A stretch of 64,000 nt of DNA from Podarcis liolepis. Lineage: Eukaryota. Shown here in pieces: positions 12,976 to 25,255 of the stretch; the first letter of the stretch is position 1, and every line of letters starts with the position of its first letter. The notes under the pieces are model-generated. The model searched no databases and was not told the origin of the DNA. It saw only the letters and a program-made list of their open reading frames with translations. A program made the position numbers and the translations under genes. The DNA lies in assembly GCA_965112155.1 (NCBI GenBank), contig OZ218107.1, one strand, 5' to 3'.

Positions 12976-13866
12976 ATAAATACAAATAAATAATGAAAAT
13001 GCCTGCCTGCCATTAGCTACAAACCCTAAAATCTGGTATCCTCTCAAAACCTCAGTCAGTTTTGTACCACAAACTCCATTTTTTGGCCACCGCCTCTTAA
13101 GTGTTTGCCTGACATTTTGAGTCATTAACACTAAAAAAGCAAGTATTAACTACTTGGCACCGGCCTCATGCTTTAAATGTATTATGTGAACGCATCCAAA
13201 GGTGTGACTTCCCCATGTGAACCTGATTTTTAAATTATTTTTATACCTTGATTTATGTTTAAATGCCATTAATCTCGTAGATCTAAGGTGCTTTGCATTC
13301 CAGGGTCATGGCTGCTACTATGTGATTTTAACATTGTTTTGTTGAGCTTTCAACCAATCAGTTGAGGCTGTAAGCTAAACTGCTAATGAATGTAACTGAA
13401 GTACCTTTACTGGACAGCACTTCCAACCGTGAGGGACCAATTTTATAGCAAGGAAATGGAAACTGTTAACAATGCAACATCAGACTGCATCTGAAATGGA
13501 GCTAGGTTAGGACTGAGGAGCAATTCTCATTGATTGTGCTACTTAAGCAGTGGTCATCAACATTTTTGGAATTTTGAGAGAATGTTGAAGCCACCAGTCA
13601 CAAAATGGCTGCCACAAGGCACCGTGGCTTGATGCAAAATGGCTGTCATGAGGGCATGGCTTGAAACAAAACTGGGAATACTCTTATTCCTATGTAGCAA
13701 AGCATCAACTAACTGATTGGTTGACTTGAGAAATGAAGGTTTCAATTCCTACTCAGTGATGAAGTTCGCTGGGCAATTTTCAGCCAGCCATTCTCTCAGC
13801 CCAACCTATGAGGATATAATGACGTGCAGGAAGAACTATGTATAGCACCTTGAGCTGCATGGAGGA

Positions 13867-13919
<53 letters not shown>
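13867..13919. repeat. (TAT)n microsatellite
   Basis: Read directly; source of the poly-Ile ORFs. Confidence 0.97.
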
Positions 13920-13920
<1 letters not shown>

Positions 13921-14190
13921 ACTAAAAAATAAATATGCCCTTCTGGGCAGAAAAGAAATGAGACAAGCCTTAAGGCAAGTGGGGATGGCATCCCCTTTGC
14001 CTCTTCCTCCCCAACACTTGATCAAAATACAAGACAAAGGGAAGCCAACCCTCTCCCCTCTTCTTTCCACCCCATCAAAATGTCCTCCAGAACGAGGAAA
14101 AGAAGGAAGGTAGAGCCATCCCTGCTTCACTTCCCACCCCATGCCATCCAGGGCAAGAAAAGGGGGGGGGGAGAGCACCTTCACCATGTA

Positions 14191-14421
14191 CAGTGGTACC
14201 TTGGATTACAAACACCTCAGGTTACAAACACTTTGGGTTACAGACTCCGCTAACTCGGAAGTAGTACCTCAGGTTAAGAACTTTACCTCAGGATGAGAGC
14301 AGAAATTGCGTGGCGGCAGTGGGAGGCCCCATTAGCTAAAGTGGTATCTCAGGTTAAGAACGGTTTCAGGTTAAGAACGGACTTCCGGAATGAATTAAGT
14401 TTGTAACCAGAGGTACCACTG
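14191..14421. mobile_element. pogo/Tigger-type MITE
   Basis: TIRs and TA TSD; opposite orientation to the 19040 copy. Confidence 0.88.
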
Positions 14422-17400
14422 TATTTCCCTCTCCACAAATAAAAATGATCTCCGGTGCTAGAAAAACAAGGAAAGTAAACCAAGAGGCCAGTAGGAAACC
14501 AACCATGCCACTTATCTGTCCCCCAGAGAAGGAGTTCACTGCCCTACCAAGTGGAGTGAAAAGGGAGGCCCTTTCTACTTCCAGAACTGCTTGGCATGCA
14601 GAACAATACCTATAGTTTCCCAGAGCGTTACTGGATGCCCCAAATCTCTTTCATTTTGCACAGAAAGCCAGTAAATTAATATATACTGTAGTTCTATTTT
14701 TGAAGCGTCCCCCTCCCCTAAAACATGACTCCCTTGGGAATTAAGTGAAATTAAGATTTATGCCTAAACCTGCACCCAGCACAGTGGCAGGATGTTCTGA
14801 ACTTTTGTCAAAATTTCTACTTCAGACATTAGGCTGTTTGATTACTGTAGACCACTTTTGGTGTTTAGGAGGCGTCTCTGATGACAATGAAAAGTCCCCT
14901 GCCCTCTTCTGCATCTGGTTGATCTGCAGACAGGAGCTAGAGCTATTTGCCTTGGTGCTGGTTGATTCAGCAACAGCCAGCCCAGGGAGTGGAGTGGATG
15001 AGCAGGGCTTTTGAGAGAAAGCTGGTCACATGTAGCCTCTTTACGCAGGCCTTCTCTTGCTCCTGACCATCTGTCTCTCCCTCTCTGTTCAGCTGATGGG
15101 GCAATTCCAGGGGTGTTAGATTCCCTATTCACTATGGTGCAGTTTCCACCGACATCCTGCTCTGGTCGCCCTGGGTGGGAATGGCAGTGGAGTGACCTTT
15201 CTAATATTACTACGAGAGAGAGGGACTGCCACTACTGCGGGGAATGGGGATTAAGGAGACACACCAAAGTCAGGAAAGGGGGATGGGTGGTGGCTGAAAT
15301 GAGGTGTACAACCTTCGGTGTTTGAGGAAAAATCTTCCCCAGCAGAGATAAGTGCCAGCTCAGGCGACCATACTTGCTGCTAGGATGATGAGGCACCTCC
15401 AGAGTCTGACCTGGACGTCAGAATCTTCAGGTTTACCTCATCTTTTTAGTGTTGCTGGTGAAGGAATTACCTCAGCTTTTTAGTGTTACAGTGAAGGAAT
15501 TCTTGTACTCCTTTCAACAAAACTTTGCAATATCTTATTCTTCTGCTTGGCACTATGAGAAGAGCTAGAGGAGAAGGGGGGCGGCGGCAAGAGATGAGCT
15601 ATAAAAATAGCTTTGTCCGATGGCTGCGGCTGTTCCACTCACTGCCTGTAATCCACCCTGTGGCATCCTGGCTCCCACGTGCACTGTGTGTTACATAATG
15701 GGAGACACTCGGGCATCACTTCAGCCTCAGAAAAGGGAAAGGGAAAGAGTGATGTGACATTTACACTGCTTGCGCTTCCCAATATGTTCCTCCAGCTGGG
15801 CTTTCCAAAGCATGTCAATGCTGAGCTGCTTTCAGAGGGGTTGATAGGCACCCAGAGAGCGTGAAAATAAAGCATTTCCATTTTGCACCAGAGGGCAGCA
15901 GCGGTTGACGTGGGTAGGGGCAGTAGAATGCCTTGCTCGAGAATGAATATAATTTGAGGGAGCAGGAAGAGAGTCAAAGAAAAGAAAAAGCTCTAAGGTG
16001 TCCTGTTAGGAGTATTTGCTGTGGAAAGATTAAGCCATTGGCAAGTGTCCAGGGACTAGGTTGCTTTGAATGAACAAGCCATTTTATAGTCTATAAAATA
16101 TAATACCAACTGTCACATGCTCAAAATAGGTTTCAGTGTTTGGAAAGGGAGGGCTTAGTTAGAATAATACATGGGGATTTGCTCGTGTGGGGAGGTTTGC
16201 GTGCAGCCCCAAAGGAGTTAGGGCTGTGTACATACCATACATTTAAAGCACACGACTTCCCCCTGAGATACCAGAGAACTGTGGTTTGTTGAGGGTGCTG
16301 TGAATTATAGCTCTGTAAGGAGTATAGTTCCTAGGATTTCGGAGTGAGTGTGTGTTTTAAATGTGTGGTGTAAAAAAAAACTTCTCAATAAATATCTTAA
16401 AAAATAAATAAATAAAAATAAATCTGTGGTGTAAAATTGGGCCTTTCCTGGCCAGTGACCTGCAGAGAGTCCTGTCTTACACACTCACTCAAACACGCAC
16501 ACACAAATACACACACTCTCACAGCCCAAGCCTTCTGTCTCCTCACATTTTGCCATATGGTTTTCAGCTGAGTGGAGTACCAAAAAAGAAAAAGAAAAAA
16601 TACTGCTTCTCAGCTTCACTTTTGGCTGCTATTGCCTCCCAATGTCAAGCAGCACAAACTTCTGTGAGGCTTCCTGCCAGGAATACTCAGCTGCAGCAAA
16701 AGGGGTTCCCTCTTCTGTGTTTCTCTCCTGGAAGTTTTTATTGAGCCACTCGTCCTAATTCATCCTTTGAAGAAGGATCTGGAACTGGTAAGTGCTGAGT
16801 AAAAAACAGGCCAATAAGGAAGTTCCAGAAGTCCATATGGGGTGGAGAGAAGGGGTTGAGTCCAGAAACTGTCCAACCATGGATCATGGAATATTTGGTA
16901 CCATACCAGAGTAGTATGGAAAGGGCAATTGGTGAGCACTCCAATATTCACAGTAGGGCAATTCATTTATTAGGAACAACCCAAATGACCTGCTAAACAC
17001 CGGCCTCTTCCCTTGCAGTTGCAACTAATGTTTTGTTGGCAAAAAGTAATCCAGTTTGGGTTGCACGTAAATGTCTACGGCCAGACTCTCTTGGGCCTGC
17101 AGTGATGAATCATTTTATTTTAAAATTTAATATGCATGTGTTTGAACAACATCTGTGGAATCAGACCCGCACGCATACTATACAAGGAGAAACAGCAGGG
17201 CTCTGTCGATGGCAATCAAAGGACCAAATGCTGAGTGTTTACTTTGTCCTGTCTGCCTTGTCACTCAACAGTGACTGTAGATTTTCTCCTTGTTCCATTG
17301 GAATAATATATATTGATTAGTCAACAGAAGTGAGTCCAGTGCGCATATAGTTCAAGTGTTTTTGTTCATTTCATTTAAATCCTCTGGTAGTGGTGGGTGG

Positions 17401-19039
17401 GAAGCGAAAACACAATTTGCAAGTAGGCCAGTCTTGGTTGCAGTCTTTTTATCCCAGAATTGATCATTTACATTAGTGGGGAGGTGAAGACAGCCTTTTC
17501 AGGACTGGGGCCACCTTTAGGCCACACATACCTCATGGGGCCCACTTCTTAATAGCTTAATATATATTTGTATGGTGGTTGTGTTGTTTTTGCAAGCCGT
17601 GTAGTTCAAGCTGTGACCCAGTAGTGGGTTCCAAACCTGCAGCAATTACCTAATGATGTTAGGTAATTGGGTTGGAGTTGCAGCCCTAGCTTCTGAAATA
17701 GGTAAGAGGAACCTATGGCCTTCCGGTTGTTGTTGGACTGCATCCCTGTCCATTGGCCATGCTGGCTGTGGATGATGGGGAGCTGCAGAGTCTGACAACA
17801 TCTGGAGGGTCGTAGCTTTCCCGCCTCTGCTCTAGAAGGCTTAAAGGATGAGGACTGGTGACTCTATAAGGATGTTTCAGCCCTTCTAAAGTAAATATTA
17901 TTTAGTGACATAGTTAAATTACCCTGGTGTAGTGCTTTACAGGAACCTTTGCTCTGCTCTCTTCTCATTGGTTATGACAAGGAGAGGCTCACATGACTGG
18001 AGAAACTTTCCTGAGCAAGTTGGATTATGAGCAGCTACTTAAGTTTTCTTATGTTCAAATATTGCTTTACAGAAACAGCTGCCTCTGAGAGGACTTTGAT
18101 GAGGCCCCAGAGAAGGGAAGTGGGGGGTGATGTAGGATGGTTTGTCCCTCCTGAATATTGTTGCCTCATTGGATTTATAAATAACATTCTCAATACCTTG
18201 GTTGCTAATTGTTTGTTAAGTATTTCCAGAAAGAATGAAGCAATTTCCAAGAACTATCATCATTGGCAAGGGAGATAGTTTGCTATGGAAGCCTTTTCTC
18301 CTTCCACATGCCCATTGTTCTCTACATTTCCAGTAATTTTTATTAATTGTCCAAGATCCTCTCTCTGTGCCTAAGAAGAAAAATAGGCATTTAGAATCTT
18401 AAGTAGTGCCATGGATATGATATGAGGTGCTCCTCATAGGTAGTTTCAAATGCTTGGGAACAGTGACCCCAATCAGCAACTGTGCATGGCAGAGAGGCTG
18501 CAGTTACTCTAATGTCTCCAGGAAAGAAGGGTAGTAAGATATGGCATTGGGGTGTCAAATGCAACAGTCAACCTGGCAATTCCCCATTAATTCAGCAGTG
18601 AGGTTGCCAGCCTCTTTTTCCAGCAAGGTTTTTCAGCCTTTATCAGATGCATTAAAGGCATAAATTCAACATTTCAGCCTTTTCCTAGTATGGAGATACA
18701 GTATTAGGAAATCTCCTCCTCCTCCTTTTTCCTCCAGGTTAATGTTTTATTATTAATTCAATAAATATGTTAAGAGCCAGTGGCTTAAAAACTTCAGCAC
18801 ATAACAAAGATACCAACAAGTCTCAATATCTGTAGACCCACCTGTCCTCCAGTTATCTGTTCCCTTCCCATGCTCCAGTAACAACACGATTGAAGTTATG
18901 CACAAGCCACCCTATGCTGTGCTATTCAAGAGAAACCAACATGAGAATAAAAGCAAGCTAAAATAGAGGGGTTGGAAGTAAAAAGAAGCTCTATTTTCGT
19001 TAGCTACTCCTCAAATGTTTAAGGAAAGACTAACATGTA

Positions 19040-19281
19040 CAGTGGTACCTCGGGTTAAGTACTTAATTCGTTCCAGAGGTCCGTTCTTAATCTGAAACTG
19101 TTCTTAATCTGAGGTACCACTTTAGCTAATGGGGCCTCCCACTGCTGCCGTGCCGCCGGAACACGATTTCTGTTCTCATCCTGAAGCAAAGTTCTTAACC
19201 CGTGGTACTATTTCTGGGTTAGCAGAGTCTGTAACCTGAAGCGTCTGTAAGCTGAAGTGTATGTAACTCGAGGTACCACTG
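19040..19281. mobile_element. pogo/Tigger-type MITE
   Basis: TA|cagtggtacctcggg...cgaggtaccactg|TA. Confidence 0.9.
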
Positions 19282-22026
19282 TATTACTAAAGCTTAGCAG
19301 ACTGCTGTTTTTGATAGGTCTCCCATTCTTTTACTGCTTGGCTCTCTCTGCCTCTGGGGTGGGGGGAGATCAGCAGGAAAGCTGAGCAGCTCTGCCACCA
19401 CAGAAGCATCCCTTACCTGGATTGCTTCTCCAGCAGTGGTGAGAGTAATGGGGCAGGTGGAGCACCAGTGGGGGCACCGCCTCTTGTGTTTCCGCTGCCG
19501 GAGGCGGCTCCTTCACCTTGCCTCATGGGTGGGCTGGCTCTGGTTTCAAATGTGATTTAAAGGTGTAGTGTGAATGCAGCGTGTTTCATACATGTTTTAC
19601 TTCCTAGGCGGCAGTCTGTGCTAGCTGTGGCTTTGTTGTGGTCCTTGGATGACCCAGTAAGATGGGTCTATCCAGATTTCCAAGAAGGCTGAGCTGCCTC
19701 TCTGGACAGGGATCAAGTAAGGGTAGAAACACAAAACAGATGACATGCAGGGAATGAGTTCTTTCAAGTACGTGCTGCGCACAATCCTGTTATGAGTTCT
19801 TCCAAACTACTTTTTCTTTTTTCTTTTGCATAATCTGTTACAGATAATCTCATGATGGCTCTTTCAGACTGCATCTGGTGAACTGTTGCTGCTTAATACT
19901 CTAGATTTTTTTTTCTTCCTTACCTGCCCCGCCTTGTTCACAAAACGTGCACCTCAGTTAGGATACTCCTGTAACATCAATAGTAGTTGTATAGAAGACA
20001 TTTTGGCAGGAGACAGCTTTCATCTTGGGTTGGGGGCAGGTGGAAAGGGTGAACTTGATGGCATTTATTCTCCTATAAAAGGAGCCCTGGCCAACTTTGG
20101 ACCTGGTCACATTTGCATCATTAGTTACAAACCTTCCTATTGCCTTTCCCCATCCACAAACCCACCCACCTAAATAGCAAGAATCTTGAAGTGCCTTTGA
20201 GTGACTGCTCCTCTTACTGTGCAATCTTAGGCGTGCTTACCTTAGAACCAAAGGCCCTCTTGGAGCCAGAAAGATGGGCATTGAATTGCAACCTTAATGT
20301 AAAACAGGTGGATTTCTTATTCCCTTGATGAATTGTATGTTCTTTGGCATCCTGGCTAGCTAATGTTTCAAACTGGAAAAGAGAAAACAGCATCTCTTCT
20401 ATGTGGCAAAAGTAGTTTCGCTTGGGAATCCACGGGCTGTTTTTAATTTGAACACATTGTCTTGCTTCTATTACATGAAACACTTCTGCTGAGGAATTGC
20501 CTTTATCCATTATGTGTGACCCTCTTAAAAAGCTTTTGAATGGTCTTCTTTTTGGGGGGGAGGGGGCAGGAGAGCAGGTGGGGGAAGAGGCAGAAGAAGT
20601 AAATCTGCTGCTAAATCTTCACCTCTGTAAGCTAACATGACCTTTCAGTTGGCCAAGTGTGCAGAATAGAGGCCACAGGACTCAGCCAATATTCGGGCAA
20701 AATGACACCAGTCGAATCTGATCCATTGGGCAGGTATGTATTCTAGAGATTCAAACCGTGGCCACGAAATATCTCTCTGTTGAGAAGACGACAGGTGAAG
20801 GGTTAACTTGCAGCAGCAGCCACACACAGCAAAGGGCTCTCCTCTCTCCGCCTGCCAGCTCCTGGAGACTAGCAGAGAGTTAAGGAGCTGGGAGTCTGAC
20901 GTCAAGAGGGCCAGAATAGAAGACTCTATTTATAGGGCTGTTCCAAAGGGAATGGGAGACGCACAGACAGAGAGATTGTTCACTGGCTTGTGCTTGCAGG
21001 GTTGTTTTCTCTGTTCTTAACAGTGCAGGCAGCTGCCCCACTAGCTGGCACAGCTGCCTTGTTGGGAGGGAAATGGGCTCTCTCCACTGGCCACATTTGG
21101 TCTGTATGTCCTCCCCATTCCTTTCCTACACAACCTCATAGAACGGTTACACATCCTCCTAATATAATTCATTTAGTGTCCAAATGCAGTACTGGTACTT
21201 TCAGTATATGATAAATCTTTTTCAGTGAATAATTCCTAGCATTTTATCCTGTGACCTACAAGTCTTTAACCCTTTCCCCAAATGCATGGGGACTGGCAGT
21301 GGTGAAAGAAAGGTACTCTGTTTGGAATCCGAGGTGTTCTTTACATGTTCTGAGGCTGTGATCTGGTACTGAAAACAAATACTTGCAGGTAAATCCATCC
21401 CGGTCTTGATTCATGTCAATATTTGCTCATATTCCCAGGAAAGAATTGCAAATTCTTTTGGGAACTTAAATTACCTGATTCAATGTTGTTGCCATGTTAT
21501 CTGTTTCCTTGTCTCCATGGGAAAGGATTGCTAAAAAAGGAAAGAAAAAATAGGGGCGGAGGAGCCCTCAGGCATAACATCTGTGCAACCAGTCCTCTCT
21601 CCAGGTTATAAGATTTATGCAAAAGCAAAACACAGAGTCCTGTGCCCTGTGATACCACTGTTGCCATTTACTTCCAAGCTTTCAGTCCTATCGTGGAGGA
21701 TGGCACAACTGCAAAATGCCCTAGCTTGAACACAATGCTCCTTTGATATTTCCCCCCACAAAGTTCCAATCCTAAAGATGTATTTACTTCTCTAATCTAG
21801 GAATAATCACTGTGCTACTTTCAGTCTCTCCTCTGCAGCATTTTGAGTATGCATAATCATTGCGGAGTTCTGTTGTTGCATTCCCTTTTGTGCTTTTTGG
21901 CAATGGAACAAAGAAGTCTTTCTTCTCTCCTAGTTATCTGACGTATGAAGCAGAAATGTGTGTTGTGATCTTCATTTCCACCTAGAGATTGTAGTATCTT
22001 TTAACTGGAACATAGCATGTCTAGCC

Positions 22027-22029
<3 letters not shown>

Positions 22030-22058
<29 letters not shown>
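22030..22058. repeat. (AC)n microsatellite
   Basis: Read directly. Confidence 0.97.
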
Positions 22059-22060
<2 letters not shown>

Positions 22061-22728
22061 AGTTTATAATCTCTGCAGCAATCTGTAATACCAGCATCTG
22101 GGGCTGGATTTGGGGCACATGCAGCAGCATTTGTGATGTCAATCTAATTTCTGAATGAGCGTAAAATGGTTGCAAAACCATGAATCCTATAGGCGCCCTT
22201 GTCAATCAGTCATGGTTGATGGCAGCTCCCTTTACTTCCTGCAGTACAGTCATTACACATTACAAAACTCAAACTGACACCAAAACCAGCATCCCCCTAA
22301 TTTTCAGCTTAGCCAGGGTCCAATGTCATCACAATGTGTGAATACCCACCTCATTAGATCACATCACTGGATGGTGGGGACAGGAAATGCACACTGTAAT
22401 GAAGCCCATCCATGTTGGCCAATGGGCAAGGGTGATGGGTGTTGCAGTGCAACTTTTGAAGGAACACAGGTTCCACACCTCTTCCTCAAGGACTAACAAA
22501 TTTATAAAGACATTATGCCAAACAATTATTTGTTAGCTTTCCTGCAAATCCTCCTAAAAGAATGAGGAGTACACAATAGACCGGAGACAAAGCTCAGAGG
22601 TAATCAGAAAAATATGTAAGAGATCCATTCTTCTAGTTGCTCCCTAAAATTCACAAGGAAAGCTTCTCTTTGCTAAAATAAAAAATTCCTTCCAGTAGCA
22701 CCTTAAAGACCAACTAAGTTAGTTCTTG

Positions 22729-22766
22729 GTATGAGCTTTCGTGTGCATGCACACTTCTTCAGATAC
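22729..22766 (-). ncRNA. Minimal type-I hammerhead ribozyme motif, inverted copy
   Basis: Exact reverse complement of 22785-22822. Confidence 0.7.
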
Positions 22767-22784
22767 ACTTCTTCAGATACATGT

Positions 22785-22822
22785 GTATCTGAAGAAGTGT
22801 GCATGCACACGAAAGCTCATAC
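22785..22822 (+). ncRNA. Minimal type-I hammerhead ribozyme motif (PLE type)
   Basis: GTAT-CTGAAGA-A-GTGTG(CATG)CACAC-GAAA-GC-TC-ATAC: stem I GTAT/ATAC, CUGANGA and GAAA cores, 5-bp stem II, palindromic AGCU in place of stem III. Confidence 0.7.
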
Positions 22823-23952
22823 CAAGAACTAACTTAGTTGGTCTTTAAGGTGCTACTGGAAGGAATTTTTTATTTTGACTATGGCAGACCAACACGGCTA
22901 CCTATCTCTTTGCTAAGTACACCTGTTGTGTCAAAATCAGGATCTATTTGGGGGCTATTTTGTAGCCTTTCTTGATTCCTTTCTACAAGATTTTATGCAG
23001 TAGAGCCCATCATTTATTTAAGATACAAAACATTTTATCAAGGCAGTGGATTGTATGCCTCCACTTACATACTGATCTGAACACTGCTGCTGCATGCATT
23101 TGGCATTGTGATGTGATGGCACCAGCAAGCTGAGACAGATTCCTGTGGGTTGTGCATCCTCTGCCTCCTGCATAAGAGAAATTTGACTTTCCTTGGAACT
23201 CTGGAGACACATCTTGTAGATGGCAGTCAGAGGCCACATGCACACCACATATTTGTAGTGATATTATGCCACTTTAAACAGTCATGGCTTCCCGCAAACA
23301 AAGAATCCTGAGAAGTGCAGTTTGTTAAGGGTGCAAAGAGTCATCAGAAGAGCCACATTACCCCCACAGAGCTACCATTCCCTGAGAAGGGAAGGACTGA
23401 TTGTGCTGTAGGGAATTGTGATGCTGAAAGACTACATGGCAGCAGTCTACACGCATCGTTCCAATCATTAACCAAAAGAATTGGAACAACCCAGCAGCTT
23501 CTATCCCATTTGTGGTTGTGTTTGCTGAGCACAAGTTAAACGTAATAGTATTGCTTGCTGGGATATAAAGCACTTCTCCTACTCATGATTTATGGATTGA
23601 AGTTTTAAATATTAACACAACATAAATAGGCCAAATAGCTTTTATCTTCACTGACTCAAAGGCTCTTCTTTAAATGAACATAAAATCCTTCCTTTTGTAG
23701 ATAAAGATGCCCATCTGTATTGCTCGTGAATCAAGTTTCATTTACTTTGAAAAACTTAAATCACGTTTGCCGTGCCGGGAGGACAGTAACAAGCAATGAT
23801 ACTTTTTCTGGAGTCAGATACAGAAACCTGAAGGTTGAATTGAACTTTGCTTATTATCTCTTGTTTTGTCTCTCCGGCCGCACACTTCCCATTCTGTCAT
23901 TTGTTGATCTCGGGGGGGGGGGGGGGCGCAAAGTTTGGCCTTTTAAAATTAA

Positions 23953-24170
23953 CGGTTATATCCCACCATTCCTCCAAGGAGCTCAAGGCAGAATACATGA
24001 TTTCTCTTACCTGTCACCCCCACAGTCGATTTTAGCCTTGCAACCACTCTGTGCTGTAGGTCAGGCTGAGAGACCACCAGCCCTAGTGTTTCACGACCAA
24101 GTAAGGATTTGAACCAAGTTCAGCATCAGTGGACTGTCCTAGTCCTAGTCCAGCATCATAACCATTACAC
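23953..24170 (-). mobile_element. MIR/CORE-like SINE remnant
   Basis: ggagctcaaggcag...gtaggtcaggctgagag...ggatttgaacc...aaccattacacc. A related plus-strand copy lies at ~13755-13866. Confidence 0.5.
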
Positions 24171-24450
24171 CACAAGAAAAGCCCGCTGGGCCAGAGCAGT
24201 GTCCCACCTAGTTCTGTATTGTGTTCTCAGTGTGGACAACCTATGGGCAGCCTGCAAGCGGGTTTTGAGTGCAGCTCCTGCAGTTTCCAGCAACTGGGTA
24301 TTCAGAAACATACCGCCTCTGGCAGTGGAAGTAGAGCATAGACATCAGGGTTAGTGGCAACTGGTGGCCAGCTTTATTCTCCATAAGTGTGTCTAGCCCT
24401 CTTCAAAAGCCGTCCACGTTGGTGGCCATCAACTGCCTCTTGTGGGAGCA
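24171..24450 (-). mobile_element. CR1 LINE 3' end remnant
   Basis: Reverse-orientation match to the 35415-35670 type. Confidence 0.55.
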
Positions 24451-24541
24451 AACACACTGGCTCTTGCTAAAAACAGGGGGCTTTATGGAAGCAGGCCTTA
24501 ATGAGAACATTACTCTTTGGACATGAGTACCCCATCCTCAC

Positions 24542-24891
24542 GTAGGGACGCGGGTGGCGCTGTGGGTAAAACCTCAGTGCCTAGGACTTGCCGATCGCAT
24601 GGTTGGCGGTTCAAATCCCCGCAGCGAGGTGAGCTCCCGTCTTTCGGTCCCAGCTCCTGCCCACCTAGCAGTTTGAAAGCACCCCTAAGTGCAAGTAGAT
24701 AAATAGGTACCGCTTTATAGCGGGAAGGTAAATGGCGTTTCCATGTGCTGCGCTGGCGCTGGCTCGCCAAAGCAGCTTCGTCACGCTGGCCACGTGACCC
24801 GGAAGTGTCTCCGGACAGCGCTGGCCCCCGGCCTCTTAAGTGAGATGGGCGCACAACCCTAGAGTTGGACCGGCAGGGGTATCTTTACCTT
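24542..24891 (+). mobile_element. Sauria SINE (full length, variant A)
   Basis: tRNA-like head gggacgcgggtggcgctgtgg, core cctagcagtttgaaagcac, (ACCTTT)n tail, TSD TACCCCATCCTCAC. Confidence 0.88.
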
Positions 24892-24905
24892 TACCCCATC
24901 CTCAC

Positions 24906-25255
24906 AGGACGTGGGTAGTGCTGTGGGTTAAACCATAAAGCCTAGGGCTTGCCGATCAGAAGGTTGGCGGTTCGAATCCCCACGATCGGGTGAGCTCCCA
25001 TTGCTTGGTCCGTGCTCCTGCCAACCTAGCAGTTCGAAAGCATGTCAAAGTGCAAGTAGATAAATAGGTACCACTCTGGCGGGAAGGTAAACAGCATTTC
25101 CATGCACTGCTCTGGTTCGCCAGAAGTGGCTTAGTCATGCTGGCCACGTGACCTGGAAGCTGTACACTGGCTCCCTCGGTCAATAAAGCGAGATGAGCGC
25201 CGCAACCCCAGAGTCGTCCGCGACTGGACCTAATGGTCAGGGGTCCCTTTACCTT
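24906..25255 (+). mobile_element. Sauria SINE (full length, variant B)
   Basis: Head with B-box ggttcgaatccc and 3' end ggacctaatggtcaggggtccctttacctttacc; same TSD as the preceding copy. Confidence 0.88.

Larger units (their letters stand above)
22675..22904 (+). mobile_element. Penelope-like element pLTR fragment in inverted (fold-back) configuration, 12-bp TSD
   Basis: Perfect 94-bp arms at 22675-22768 and 22783-22876. TSD TCTCTTTGCTAA at 22665-22676 and 22905-22916. The terminus gcagaccaacacggctacc and the gcaccttaaagaccaac motif are typical of squamate PLE ends. Confidence 0.8.

Noticed and set aside
13780-14187. Poly-Ile ORFs resembling membrane peptides
   Set aside because: Artefact of the (TAT)n microsatellite.
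15433-15499. Two ~34-bp direct repeats
   Set aside because: Adjacent imperfect tandem duplication without spacers; not CRISPR-like.
24542-24990. tRNA-like A/B boxes
   Set aside because: These are SINE heads, not tRNA genes.
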